Shown piece by piece: positions 40,628-54,137 of a stretch of 64,000 bases of DNA (its first letter is position 1; each line of letters opens with the position of its first letter). Location of the stretch: assembly GCA_963715865.1 (NCBI GenBank), contig OY970280.1, forward strand, positions 512,001 to 576,000, given 5' to 3'. The stretch is from Candidatus Bathyarchaeota archaeon. GTDB lineage: Archaea > Thermoproteota > Bathyarchaeia > Bathyarchaeales > Bathycorpusculaceae. A program made the position numbers and the translations under genes. The notes below the pieces were generated by a model that was not told the DNA's origin, did no database searches, and worked only from the letters and a program-made list of their open reading frames with translations.

Positions 40628-43600
40628 TTAGGAGAGTGTTTCTGCCAAGTCTTTGCACACTAGTTTTGCTTGTTCCAGTACAGTGTCGGTTGCTTTTTCT
40701 TGTTTGTCTGGTGGGTAGCCGTATTTTTTGAGTATGTGTTTGACCAGTACTCTCAGTTTTGCTTGTACGCTGTCTCTTATTGTCCAGTCTATGGTCACGT
40801 TTTTCCTTACTGTTTCGACGAGTTCTCTAGCCATGGTTTTTAGGGTTTCGTCTCCCATGACTTCTTTGGCGCCTCGGTTGTCGGCTAGTGCGTCGTAGAA
40901 TGCTACTTCGTCTTCGGTTAGGTTTAGTTTTGTTCCTCTTTGTTGTTCTTCTCGCATTTTTCTTGCTAAGTCAATAAGTTGTTGGATTACTTGGGCGGTT
41001 TCTATGCTTTTGTTGGTGTATGCTTTGATGGCTTTGTCGAGGAGTTCTTCAAAGCTGCGGGCTTGGATGAGGTTCTTTTTCTGTCTGAACCGGATTTCGT
41101 CGTTGAGGAGTCTTTTGAGTGCTTCAAAAGCGAGGTTCTTTTGCGGCATCTCTTTTACTTTTTCTAAGAACTCTTCGGATAGGATGGAGACGTCTGGTTT
41201 TTTGAATCCTGCGGCGGCGAAGATGTCGATGACTCGGTCGGATATGATGGCTTTGGATATGATTTGTTTGATGGCTGTATCTACGTCTTCTGTTTGGGTT
41301 GTTTTGGTTTCGGTGTTTTTGACTATGGCTGCTTTTACTGCTTGGAAGAATCCGACGTCGTCTCTTATTTTGAGTGCTTCGTCGTTTGGTACGGCGAGGG
41401 CAAAAGCCCATAGCAGTGTGCTGACTTCTTTGAGGTATCTTTCTTTGCCTTTTTCTTGCTTTAGAATGTGGTCCATTGCTTGGAGCATGATTGACATTCT
41501 TTCGTTGGGTGATGCTGGGAAGAATCTCTTGTAATCGAAACCGTGGAATAGTGCTGAGACGATTTCGTATTTTTCCTGCATTTTGGCTACTGCGATTTCT
41601 TGTGGGATGCCTGTTAGTTTTTTGTCGCTTTCCGTGTATTCTGCGAGGGCTTGTCTTAGGTCGTTGGCTATGCCGATGTAGTCAACGATTAAGCCGCCTT
41701 GTTTGTCTTTGAAGACTCGGTTGACGCGGGCGATTGCTTGCATGAGTGTATGTCCTCGCATTGGTTTGTCGAGGTACATGGTGTGGAGGCTTGGAGCGTC
41801 AAATCCCGTGAGCCACATGTCGCGGACTATGGCGATTTTCATGGGGTCAGATGGGTCTTTCATGCGTTCGCCTAAGTCGTGTCTGCGTTGTTTGTTTCGG
41901 ATGTGTTCTTGCCATTCTGGTCCGTCGTCTGCTGAGCCTGTCATGACTACTTTTAGGATGCCTTTATCGTCGTCTTTGCTGTACCATTCTGGTTTGAGCG
42001 CTCTGATTTCGTTGTGCAGGTCAACGCAGATTCGTCGGCTCATGCAGACAATCATGGCTTTGCCGTCTAAGACTGATACTCGGTTATCCCAGTGGTCAAC
42101 TATGTCTTTGGCTATGCGTTTGATGCGTTCTGGGCTGCCGACGACTTTTTCGAGTCGTGACCATTTGCTTTTGAGGTATTCTTTGCTGTCGATTTCTTCG
42201 CCTTCAGTGACTTCCTCAAATTCTTCGTCTATGTAGGGTCGTTCTTCTGGTTTAAGTTCGAGTTTGGCGAGGCGGCTTTCATAGTAGATTCTTACGGTGG
42301 AGCCGTCTTCTACTGCTTGTTCGATGTCGTAGATGTCTACGTATTTGCCGAAGACTGCTGGTGTGCTTCGATCCGCTTTTTCTATGGGTGTTCCGGTGAA
42401 GCCGATGAAGGTAGCGTTGGGAAGTGCGTCTCGGAGATATTTTGCGTATCCGTACTTTAGAGCTTCTTTGTCAAGGTTCTTTGGAACTTTAAGTCCGAAG
42501 CCGTATTGGCTTCTGTGTGCTTCGTCAGCTATGATTATAATGTTTTTTCTTTCCGATAGCAAGGGGTATTCTTTGGTTTTGCCTTCAGGGAAGAATTTTT
42601 GGATTGTTGTGAATATGATTCCGCCTGAGGAGACTTGAAGTAGCTCTTTTAGTTTTTCTCGTGTTGTTGCTTGTTCGGGTTTTTGCCTTAGTAGTTCGTG
42701 GCATCTGCTAAAGGTTCCGAATAGCTGGTCGTCCAGGTCGTTTCTGTCCGTTAAGAGAACCACTGTGGGGTTTTCAAGCTGAGGCTCCAACACCATCTTG
42801 CCCGTATAGAAAACCATGGTTAGGCTTTTGCCTGAACCTTGCGTGTGCCAAACGATGCCGGCTTTCTTATCTTTCTTTGTGGCGTTGACTGTTGAGGTGA
42901 GAGCTTTTTTGACGGCGTTGTATTGTTGGTATTGGGCGATTTTTTTGGAGATTTTGACGCTGCCGTCTTTCTTTTCTTTTTCAGCCTCGAAAACCACAAA
43001 GTGCCTAACCAAGTCTAACAGGGTTTCTGGGTTAAGCATGCCCTTTAGAAGAACCTCAATTTGGGGTGCAGATGTTGATGTTTTTTTGGTGTTGATGGTT
43101 TTCCAGGGGGAGAAGCGTTCCTCTTTAGCGGTCAAGGTTCCTGCTTTCGCGTAGGTTCCGTCGCTTATGACTAAGACTTCGTTGTACCTGAAGACTGAGG
43201 GAATCTCCTGCTGGTAAGTTCCAAACTGCTTAAAGGCAGTCGAAATTGTTGCGTTCTCGTCTGCAGGATTCTTCAGCTCGATCAGAACTAAGGGCAGCCC
43301 ATTAACGAATAAGACAATGTCTGGTCGTCGGTTGTGGCGCTCCTCAATAATCGTAAACTGGTTAACAGCCAAAAACTCATTATTGCTTAAGTTTTGAAAA
43401 TCAAATAGCCAAACTAACTCGTCCTTTATGCTTCCGTCCGCTCTTTTGTACTGAACATTAACTCCACTTGTTACTAACCTGTGGAAAAGCTGATTGTTAA
43501 CCACCAAATCTTGGCTCTCAGTTCTCAAAATCTTCTTAATAGCCTCATCAATCGCACTGTCAGGAATAGACCTGTTAATTCGCCTAAGAGCATCCACGCA

Positions 43601-43751
43601 GCCTGCTTACAAGCACGACCTCACTGTACTTTCGCTCTTCCGCAGGGCCTCCTTCAGAAATATCAGGACCATAACATAAGCCATAACCAAGGTCTCTCAG
43701 CATGCCAAGGCAAGCGTCTTCAACTTCTGATTCAGTTATTATTTTAGACAT
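40628..43751 (-). CDS. hsdR: Type I restriction enzyme subunit R; one extra base near 43596
   Basis: [56 protein letters not shown]; N-terminus [15 protein letters not shown] lies in an adjacent frame from ATG 43751. Confidence 0.92.
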
Positions 43752-45070
43752 AATGATGCCTCCACGTTTTCTTTCTGAATAGGAATTCTGATTTTTCCAG
43801 ACATGAGCTTCGGTAACAATAAATCTCGAATTTCCGAAAGGACTTTCGTTTCGACTTTTATCCCGCTTATTCTCTCCAGTATCGGAGCTAACAGTTTGTC
43901 CATTCTTTCAAGGGTTTTATCGTCTGGAACAATTACTTGTGAAGCTGTTAAATGGTGTCTTTGGATATGCCCCATGGTGGTTGCTTTGCCAGCGGCTATT
44001 TGTCGGAATTCTGGTAAGTAGTGAAGAACCCAATAATAGAAGAACCATTTTGAGTATTTTGAAGACGTTACCTTAAACAAGTGTTGGTTTAAAGCGCCCT
44101 TACCAAAGCCCCAGATAACCACTTCTAAACTGCCAGACCACGAAAACAAAACGTCGCCATTATTTACAATGTACTCTTCGGGTAGGTCAAGATTCGCTTT
44201 GTCGCTTGATTCCGTAATCCCCTGTCTTAATTCCCTAATTTTAATGACTGGCAAATATTCTTCGCCCTCTCTGGCGGGAAATTTCTGCAGCGCGAGTCCA
44301 TTAAGAAAATCGGCAATTTCATCTATGGGTTTCACTTTCCACCCTTCTGGAACCTCTTTGCCCAACTCTTCGCTGAAAACTATTTCTCCGCCTGATGATT
44401 TGTAGGGCTTGCCTTCTTCATTGGGAAACTCAAAATCGACAAACCAACGCTCATAAGCAGCTTGTCCAATCCCTTCGAGTGTGGTGTTCATTTTTTTGTT
44501 TAGGTCAATTTTACAGTTTAATACAGACAGTATTCTAGCTATTTGTTTCTGTTCTGCAAGAGGCGGAAGCGGTATCTTAATGCTTGTTATCGCTTCTGAA
44601 GAAATGTTGGCTTGATTAGCACTACCTGCAGCACTTTTTGCGAGATAGTATTGAACCTTTTTTGTAGATAGAAAAAGGTATATGTAATCCTTGTCTGCAA
44701 TTGCTTCATCTACTATTATTTTGGCAATTCTTTGATTCAATAATGCTGGATTATTAGAATTAAATCTTGCGACCTTTCCAACTGCGGAGGCGAATTGGTT
44801 TACATGTGACCCTGTCATCGATATTAATATGTCACCTTTTTGCAATAAGAAAGGTTTTAGCTTTGTATCTACAAAGCCACCATAGCATTTAATTTCTTGA
44901 AATGTTACCTCTGGAGGAGTTATATTTTTAATTTTTATAACGGCAATGCCCTTATTTGTAAAATCTGAAGATTTAAAAGCGAAGCCATTTAAGACTTTAA
45001 CAAATTCGCCTAAGCTCTTTAATTCCCAGCGTTCGGGAAGAATAATGTTTAAGTCAGTTTGAAAAGTCAT
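43739..45070 (-). CDS. hsdS: Type I R-M specificity subunit
   Basis: Two TRDs, IPLPPLAEQKQIA..L, RDLLLPKLMSG. Confidence 0.93.
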   Translation of the reverse strand: MTFQTDLNIILPERWELKSLGEFVKVLNGFAFKSSDFTNKGIAVIKIKNITPPEVTFQEIKCYGGFVDTKLKPFLLQKGDILISMTGSHVNQFASAVGKVARFNSNNPALLNQRIAKIIVDEAIADKDYIYLFLSTKKVQYYLAKSAAGSANQANISSEAITSIKIPLPPLAEQKQIARILSVLNCKIDLNKKMNTTLEGIGQAAYERWFVDFEFPNEEGKPYKSSGGEIVFSEELGKEVPEGWKVKPIDEIADFLNGLALQKFPAREGEEYLPVIKIRELRQGITESSDKANLDLPEEYIVNNGDVLFSWSGSLEVVIWGFGKGALNQHLFKVTSSKYSKWFFYYWVLHYLPEFRQIAAGKATTMGHIQRHHLTASQVIVPDDKTLERMDKLLAPILERISGIKVETKVLSEIRDLLLPKLMSGKIRIPIQKENVEASLCLK

Positions 45071-45082
45071 TATCGAACGGTC

Positions 45083-45695
45083 TCACGTTTTCTTTTTCAT
45101 TTTCTTTTTAGATTGGATTTCATCTAATTGATCTTCACAGAAGTCATTTAATATCAAACGTTTCATTGCTTGAAAGGTTTCAAGGACTTGGCTCTCACTC
45201 TTGCCACCAACCGTTATTACTTTTCCGCTCGAAAAGACTAAACATGTTACTGCTGTGCCTAGAGGCTTGTAGATTAAACCGGGAAATTGCTCTGGTTCAT
45301 AAATCGGAGAAGGAGAAGACAAGCTCTCATAGAGCCTCTCTAAATCTATTTTTTTGCCACCACAAACCGTTCCAACACCTACAACGTTTTCAATTCTTAT
45401 CCATTCCACGTTCTTGCTACTAATTATAGAGCCTATTTCGTCAATTTTCTTTATAGTATCGAATATGGCTTGTTTTGCAATTTCTTCAGTTTTGGCTCCA
45501 TGGCTTGAAATTTTCCCGCTTTCAAACATGATGATAGTAGGATTGGGCTTTTTTTGCCTATAAATTAACCCAGAGAAAATTTCTGGATTATATTCTGCAC
45601 CTGGGAGTGCCTCCACTAAAGCTTCGATGTCAATTGAACTTTGCATTTTTGCGGAAGCAATTATGTTAACTATTTTCAGACTTGTACGACCCCAT
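45083..45695 (-). CDS. tbp: TATA-box-binding protein paralog (annotated ORF starts 45646)
   Basis: Two TBP repeats: YNPEIFSGLIYR..IMFESGKI..GAK and IENVVG..YEPEQFPGLIYK..LVFSSGKV..GGKS; first strand KIVNIIASAK is in frame upstream but its ATG (45695) is one base out in a G run. Confidence 0.88.
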
Positions 45696-45753
45696 TTTTC
45701 TCAAATATTTGAATTTTTGAGTATTATGCTGTAGAAAAGAAGCTAGTCTAACA

Positions 45754-47346
45754 TTAGATATTATATCCAAGCTCTCCTAAGTTCTTTTTTATTTTTTCTT
45801 CCAACCGCTTAGACTGTTCAAACTGCTCCGAGAGATTAGTTGTCAGACTTTTCATTTTTTCTTCAAAATCTTCTTCGTTTCCTTCATCTTCTTCAGTGCC
45901 CACGTATCTACCAGGAGTTAGTACATATTCTATTTGTCTTATTTGTTCGATTTTTGATACGTTAGAAAATCCAGCAATATCTGTGTATTCTATTTTAAGT
46001 CCTTCTATGGGTTCGCCTCTCCAAGCATGATAGGTATCCGATATTTTTTTGGTGTCTTCAGCGGTTAGTTCTCGATGTCTTCTGTCAACCATTATTCCTA
46101 GTTTTCGGGCGTCTATGAATAGGACTTCTCCTCTTCGGTCTCGGAATTTGTTGTTTTGTTTGTCTCTGGCTATGAACCATAGGCATGCTGGTATCATAGT
46201 GTTATAGAATAGCTGTGAGGGCAATGCAACCATGCAGTCTACTAAGTCTGCTTCAACTATGTTCTTGCGTATTTCTCCCTCATTTGACGTGTTCGAGCTC
46301 ATAGAGCCATTGGCAAGGACAAAGCCTGTAATCCCTCTCGGCGCCAAATGGTGTATAAAGTGTTGCACCCATGCAAAGTTGGCGTTTCCAACGGGGGGAA
46401 CACCAAACTTCCACCGGATGTCTTCTCTGAGCATTTCGCCTTTCCAGTCAGAATCGTTGAAGGGGGGATTGGCAAGAAGATAGTCGGCTTTTAGGTCTTT
46501 ATGGGCGTCGTTTAGGAAGCTGCCCTCGTTATTCCAAACAACAAACTTCGACTCGATGCCTCGGATGGCGAGGTTCATTTTGCACAGACGCCAAGTTGTC
46601 TGGTTTGACTCTTGACCATACACGTTTATGTCGTCAAGTCTTCCTTGGTGGACTTGAACGAATTTCTCGCTCTGAATAAACATCCCTCCCGAACCGCAGC
46701 AGGGATCAAAAACTCTTCCCTTAAACGGCTCAATCATGGCCACAAGCAACTGCACTATGCTTCTGGGCGTGTAGAATTGCCCGCCCTTCTTGCCTTCAGC
46801 ATCCGCAAACTGTCCAAGGAAGTACTCGTAGACTCTGCCCAGAATATCTTTGCTTCGACTTTCCTTATCACCCAAACCAATCGTACCGATTAAGTCAATC
46901 AATTCGCCAAGTCTCTGCTTATCCAACGCTTCTCTCGCATAATTCTTGGGCAAGACGCCTTTCAGGGAACTGTTATCACCTTCAATCGCATCCATCGCAT
47001 CGTCCACAATTATGCCTATTGTTGGCTGCTTGCCGTTCTTCTGCAGGTTATGCCATCTTGCTTTTGGAGGAACCCAGAACGCATTCCGCGCCTTGTACTC
47101 GTCTTTGTCTTCGGGGTCAGCGAGTTTTTCAGGGTCATTCTTCAACTCGTTATAGGCTTCTGTGAAGGCGTCGGAGATGTACTTGAGGAAGATAAGCCCC
47201 AAAACAACATGCTTATACTCAGCCGCATCCATGTTGTTTCGCATCTTATCCGCAGCCGTCCACAACTTCTGCTCAAAACCCAAATTAGCTCCGTTGGAAC
47301 CGTTAGCTTGTTTTCCATTCAAATTCTTTCCTGCCAAGCCCTGCAC
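45754..47346 (-). CDS. hsdM: Type I R-M methyltransferase subunit M
   Basis: [30 protein letters not shown]. Confidence 0.95.
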   Translation of the reverse strand: MQGLAGKNLNGKQANGSNGANLGFEQKLWTAADKMRNNMDAAEYKHVVLGLIFLKYISDAFTEAYNELKNDPEKLADPEDKDEYKARNAFWVPPKARWHNLQKNGKQPTIGIIVDDAMDAIEGDNSSLKGVLPKNYAREALDKQRLGELIDLIGTIGLGDKESRSKDILGRVYEYFLGQFADAEGKKGGQFYTPRSIVQLLVAMIEPFKGRVFDPCCGSGGMFIQSEKFVQVHQGRLDDINVYGQESNQTTWRLCKMNLAIRGIESKFVVWNNEGSFLNDAHKDLKADYLLANPPFNDSDWKGEMLREDIRWKFGVPPVGNANFAWVQHFIHHLAPRGITGFVLANGSMSSNTSNEGEIRKNIVEADLVDCMVALPSQLFYNTMIPACLWFIARDKQNNKFRDRRGEVLFIDARKLGIMVDRRHRELTAEDTKKISDTYHAWRGEPIEGLKIEYTDIAGFSNVSKIEQIRQIEYVLTPGRYVGTEEDEGNEEDFEEKMKSLTTNLSEQFEQSKRLEEKIKKNLGELGYNI

Positions 47347-47487
47347 TCTTCCAGACCTCTTTGTGGTTGTTTGTGTATATAGAGGTGTCGAAATAGGGTT
47401 GCAAGTGGTTTTTCAATAGGTGTTCATAAGCCTTCAAATGGAAGAAGTTTTTGCCATTTGGAAGGAAAAAATAACTCTTCAAGCTTG

Positions 47488-47784
47488 TTAGGTTTTGATT
47501 AGTTCTGGTGCGTATTTTTCTAGTGTGTAGTGGATGCCTTTGTGTTCGTATGTTCTGACGATTTTTGATAATAGCACTGCTAGGTCTATTAGTGGTCCTT
47601 CGTGTTCTTCTTCGCCGACCCATGCCAGTTCCTTTAAGGCTTGTTTAAGTGGAGTTAGTTCTTTGATGGTTTTCACCTCTTTTGTTTGCATGCGTCCTGG
47701 CCATTTGAGCGGACAGGCTATAAAGTTTTGTGTGAGGGTAGCATTGGTAAGAATTCTTACCATATGGAAGAAAAAAATTACCAA
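47488..47784 (-). CDS. Hypothetical protein upstream of hsdM
   Basis: Short ORF, probable start at MQTKEV; same strand as the hsd genes. Confidence 0.4.
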   Translation of the reverse strand: MVIFFFHMVRILTNATLTQNFIACPLKWPGRMQTKEVKTIKELTPLKQALKELAWVGEEEHEGPLIDLAVLLSKIVRTYEHKGIHYTLEKYAPELIKT

Positions 47785-48090
47785 TAACGTTTTCGAAATA
47801 CTTAACCATATATTGAGTCAACTGCTCAGCAAGCATGCACATAAGAAAATGGCAAAACTCATAGGGACAAGTCACGGAATTTTAGTGGAGGTGATGCATT
47901 GAAGGTTTTTTGCAGGCTTAATTGTTTGAACAAAACTTTTACGCGATCGAACAAATCTAGCCTACTCCTCAATTGTCTCGACAAAAGAATCCAGCCCTCT
48001 CACCACAAATTTACTATGTTCAACTTGCTTGTTTACAGCATCAACCATCCTCTTGGGAGGGAAAAGTGCGCACTCAAAAATCAGGCTTAA

Positions 48091-48185
48091 TAGTTGCAAC
48101 TATTGATTTTTGATTAGTCGCAACTAAAAAATCTAGATTAAGCTATATAGGGGGCTATAATTTCTCAGAGCACTAGAGTTCAAGG
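48091..48185. promoter_or_regulatory. Tandem TAGTTGCAACTA palindromes plus TATA/GAGCACTAGAGTTC element
   Basis: Palindromes at 48091-48102 (perfect) and 48115-48126 (1 mismatch); 48144-48185 recurs at 60850-60894. Confidence 0.5.
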
Positions 48186-48465
48186 TAGCAGTAAACAGCA
48201 GGAATACACAGACAGCAACACTCAGCAACCAGCCGCAACCAAAAAGACCCAAATTACAAAACCAACCCTCAAACCATCCAAAAAAATCTCACACCATTAA
48301 AAACCCTTTTTCAAGAAACCTTATTATCTTTCAACGTAATCCTTATATTAGCGAAATCCGCTTCTAATGCAATTCAGCAAAAATGGGTTATACCATCAAC
48401 ATGATGCAACTCCCCACCACATCGATGAGGAGTGAAGGGTGAACTGACTTCGCAAACACGCGCGA

Positions 48466-51685
<3,220 letters not shown>

Positions 51686-51855
51686 ATTTCAATTATAATC
51701 AGCATTCTAACTTAATTTACTTCAATTGTTTACGTTACGATAAATTCAAATTTCTAAACCAGCACAAGGCTTCTTGAGCATGCATGAGTGAGAAAAAGCG
51801 GGGTATCTTCCATTTAGAAGGTGACGATTTTTTGCGGAAATAGACCATTTTTCCA

Positions 51856-53136
51856 TTATTTTCGCTTCCTGTAGATCGGCACGTTAAGCGCCTGGTCGAA
51901 CCGCACAAACTCAAATCCAGCTGTTATCAATTCATCTTCTTCTTTGGGTGTCTGAGGTCGCTTAGTGACGTATTCAGCATTTGAATAACTGCCATGCTGA
52001 TATCGGTCAGTATTTGAAACGCATTTATGCCCAGTAAGTTTCTTAACTTCGTATATGTCGCCTGTTCTTTCAAATTCCCGTGAAGCTCGCCAATGTCGGC
52101 ATGTATGAAAATGTATCTGCAGCAGTCGGGGATTGCCCGTTATCCTCGCCATTTTTTCCCTTGTTCGGTTGAAGGTTTTACGCTGGGATACAAAGAGGGG
52201 GTTAAAAACGTGCTTGCCGTGATTCTTTTTAAGGTTCTTAACCATCGCTATAGTTTTCTCTGGTACTTTAACGGTTCTTGCTTTGCTGCCTTTTTCTGGG
52301 TGGTTGATAGCTATAGTGTTGTTTTTGTCGTCGATGTCTGTCCATTCGATTTTTCTTATTTCCCCTACTCTCGCGCCTGTGTCTTTTGCTACCTGTAGGA
52401 ATGTTGCGGTTACTTTGCTGCAAGCATTGATCAGTAAGTCAATTTCTTCTTCCTGTGGATAGAAGGGTTCTTTCGGTTCATAATGTGTCTCTAAGGGTTC
52501 CCACTCGATTTTGAAGGCTTTAGTAAACGCTTTGTACGCCTTAACTGCGTTATATTTAGTGGCGTCCGTCCATTCTTCAGTGCAAAAAACGGTTTCGACC
52601 GTTTCAGGGTTTCTTAGGTCCGCGCCTAACTTCACTATCCTAGTAAGATACAGCGTACGGTTCTGGATTGTTGACAGGGCCTTGTTGCGTTTCTTCATTT
52701 TCCATTGAAAGTCAAAGATTAAGCCTTGCTGGGTTTGGTCTATTTCACCCGCGCAAACAGTCTTCATTTCTGCTTGCGTGTCCAAGTTTTTCGTCTCCTT
52801 ATCGTTGTCGACGCATATTTGGCAAGTAGTAGCTATATCGTTGGTGCTTTTTAATTTCATCGATTCAATAGTTTGAGCTTGTTGAAACGCTTTTCTGGCA
52901 TTTTCAACGTCAACTGGATCGCTAAACTTGTAACTGCAATCACGGCAGCTCCATCGCTGAATAGGTTGTCCAAACATCGGTGTCCTATGGCCATCACGCC
53001 AGACTTTTTTGCTGCCGCATTGTGGGCATAGGGGGCTGGTGCCGGCGTCCCCTTCAAGGGGCGACTTACAAGATTTGGAACCGGCTTTACCAAATATGCA
53101 ATCTGGGAGAGACGCCTTTGATGTAAGCTCAGCCAT
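51856..53136 (-). CDS. Tyrosine recombinase/integrase with N-terminal Zn ribbon
   Basis: CPQCGSKKVWRDG..WSCRDC; R (GARVGE), K (EKG), HTCRH, TGH, Y (TDRY); SD GGTGGGAGG before ATG 53136. Confidence 0.9.
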   Translation of the reverse strand: MAELTSKASLPDCIFGKAGSKSCKSPLEGDAGTSPLCPQCGSKKVWRDGHRTPMFGQPIQRWSCRDCSYKFSDPVDVENARKAFQQAQTIESMKLKSTNDIATTCQICVDNDKETKNLDTQAEMKTVCAGEIDQTQQGLIFDFQWKMKKRNKALSTIQNRTLYLTRIVKLGADLRNPETVETVFCTEEWTDATKYNAVKAYKAFTKAFKIEWEPLETHYEPKEPFYPQEEEIDLLINACSKVTATFLQVAKDTGARVGEIRKIEWTDIDDKNNTIAINHPEKGSKARTVKVPEKTIAMVKNLKKNHGKHVFNPLFVSQRKTFNRTREKMARITGNPRLLQIHFHTCRHWRASREFERTGDIYEVKKLTGHKCVSNTDRYQHGSYSNAEYVTKRPQTPKEEDELITAGFEFVRFDQALNVPIYRKRK

Positions 53137-53150
53137 TCCCTCCCACCTCT

Positions 53151-53306
53151 TCAGCACTCAAGCGTTAATGAGATTGGCTCAGCTTGGAGAATGATGGCTC
53201 TGATTTTTTCCGCATAAACGATTGCCTGCTTATTGCAGTCGGATTTCTCAATCTCAAGGAGCAATCGGTTGATTTCGTTTACCTGAGGGTCGGTTAAGGC
53301 CTTCAT
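53151..53306 (-). CDS. Small helical protein upstream of the integrase
   Basis: MKALTDPQVNEINRLLLEIEKSD..., 51 aa. Confidence 0.45.
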   Translation of the reverse strand: MKALTDPQVNEINRLLLEIEKSDCNKQAIVYAEKIRAIILQAEPISLTLEC

Positions 53307-53313
53307 TTTTTGA

Positions 53314-53532
53314 TTAAGCCTCACAGTCGTATTCGTCGATTTCGTTTTCTTCAAAATCCTTGGTGTGTGCTTTGCCGTGGAGTTTGCCTTGGCATTTGCA
53401 TTTGCATTTTTTCTTGTCTGATTTCGCCTTGTAGCAGCCAGAACTGCATATACCCCTCCAAGCATCAGCCTCAGAGGCTTCCTGTTCGCTTTCATTTTGA
53501 AGGGTTAAATCGCGGGATACAGCTCTGGCCAT
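53314..53532 (-). CDS. Small Cys/His-rich protein
   Basis: CSSGCYKAKSDKKKCKCKCQGKLHG. Confidence 0.55.
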   Translation of the reverse strand: MARAVSRDLTLQNESEQEASEADAWRGICSSGCYKAKSDKKKCKCKCQGKLHGKAHTKDFEENEIDEYDCEA

Positions 53533-53547
53533 CGGTTAAGCCTCAGT

Positions 53548-53835
53548 TTACTTGAAGAATTCTTCGTCTCGGAGTTTACGGCTGACTCTGATATAGCCAT
53601 GTCTCCTGCAGAAATCGAGGATTTTGTTTAGCTCCGGATCGTCGCCAGACGCATACTCTTTTTTGAAGCCCACCCTTCCAGTTTGTACACGGATTTCAAA
53701 CATTCCATCAGTTGCGAGGAGCTGGTAGAAACCCAGCTTTTCTCCAGCATATTCCTCAAGGACATCCCAGTCCTCAATGATGTTTACCAAGTTGTTGTCA
53801 CCTTGAACTATCGTGAAGCCTGAATTCAAAAACAA
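53548..53835 (-). CDS. Hypothetical protein (first gene of the integrase operon)
   Basis: 95-aa ORF, tightly spaced with downstream ORFs. Confidence 0.55.
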   Translation of the reverse strand: MFLNSGFTIVQGDNNLVNIIEDWDVLEEYAGEKLGFYQLLATDGMFEIRVQTGRVGFKKEYASGDDPELNKILDFCRRHGYIRVSRKLRDEEFFK

Positions 53836-54015
53836 TCTGGCACCTTCAAGGAAACTCCTCGTAACCCCCCTTCACGGAGTTTCCTTGTGAGGGGGTCTCA
53901 CGGAAACTACCCAAAACAGTCAAAACAAGCTTATGTTGCTTCTGTGATGTTGAGAAAAATTGCCTGTTTTATCTCAAAAAAACAATATAAGCAAAATTTC
54001 TTACTTTTCTGGTTG

Positions 54016-54123
54016 ACGTAGAAGAGTTAGCTTCTACTACTTGCCAACGGGATGTCCTTCAAAGAACCGGATAAGATTGGACGCCACAGGCAGTTAGACC
54101 CGGGTTTAGCTAACTTTCTACGT
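54016..54123. repeat. ~108-nt element bounded by 16-17 bp inverted repeats, with internal pairing
   Basis: acgtagaagagttagct ... agctaactttctacgt; inner tgcc/ggca and gtcc/ggac. Confidence 0.55.
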
Positions 54124-54137
54124 TACTCACTTATAAC

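Noticed and set aside
40979-47623. Long plus-strand and alternate-frame ORFs over hsdR/hsdM
   Set aside because: Antisense shadows caused by biased codon usage; no motifs.
48410-48447. C/D-box sRNA-like pattern (ATGATGC...ATGAGGA-12nt-CTGA)
   Set aside because: No credible D' box or target found; better explained as a hairpin in the pre-rRNA leader.
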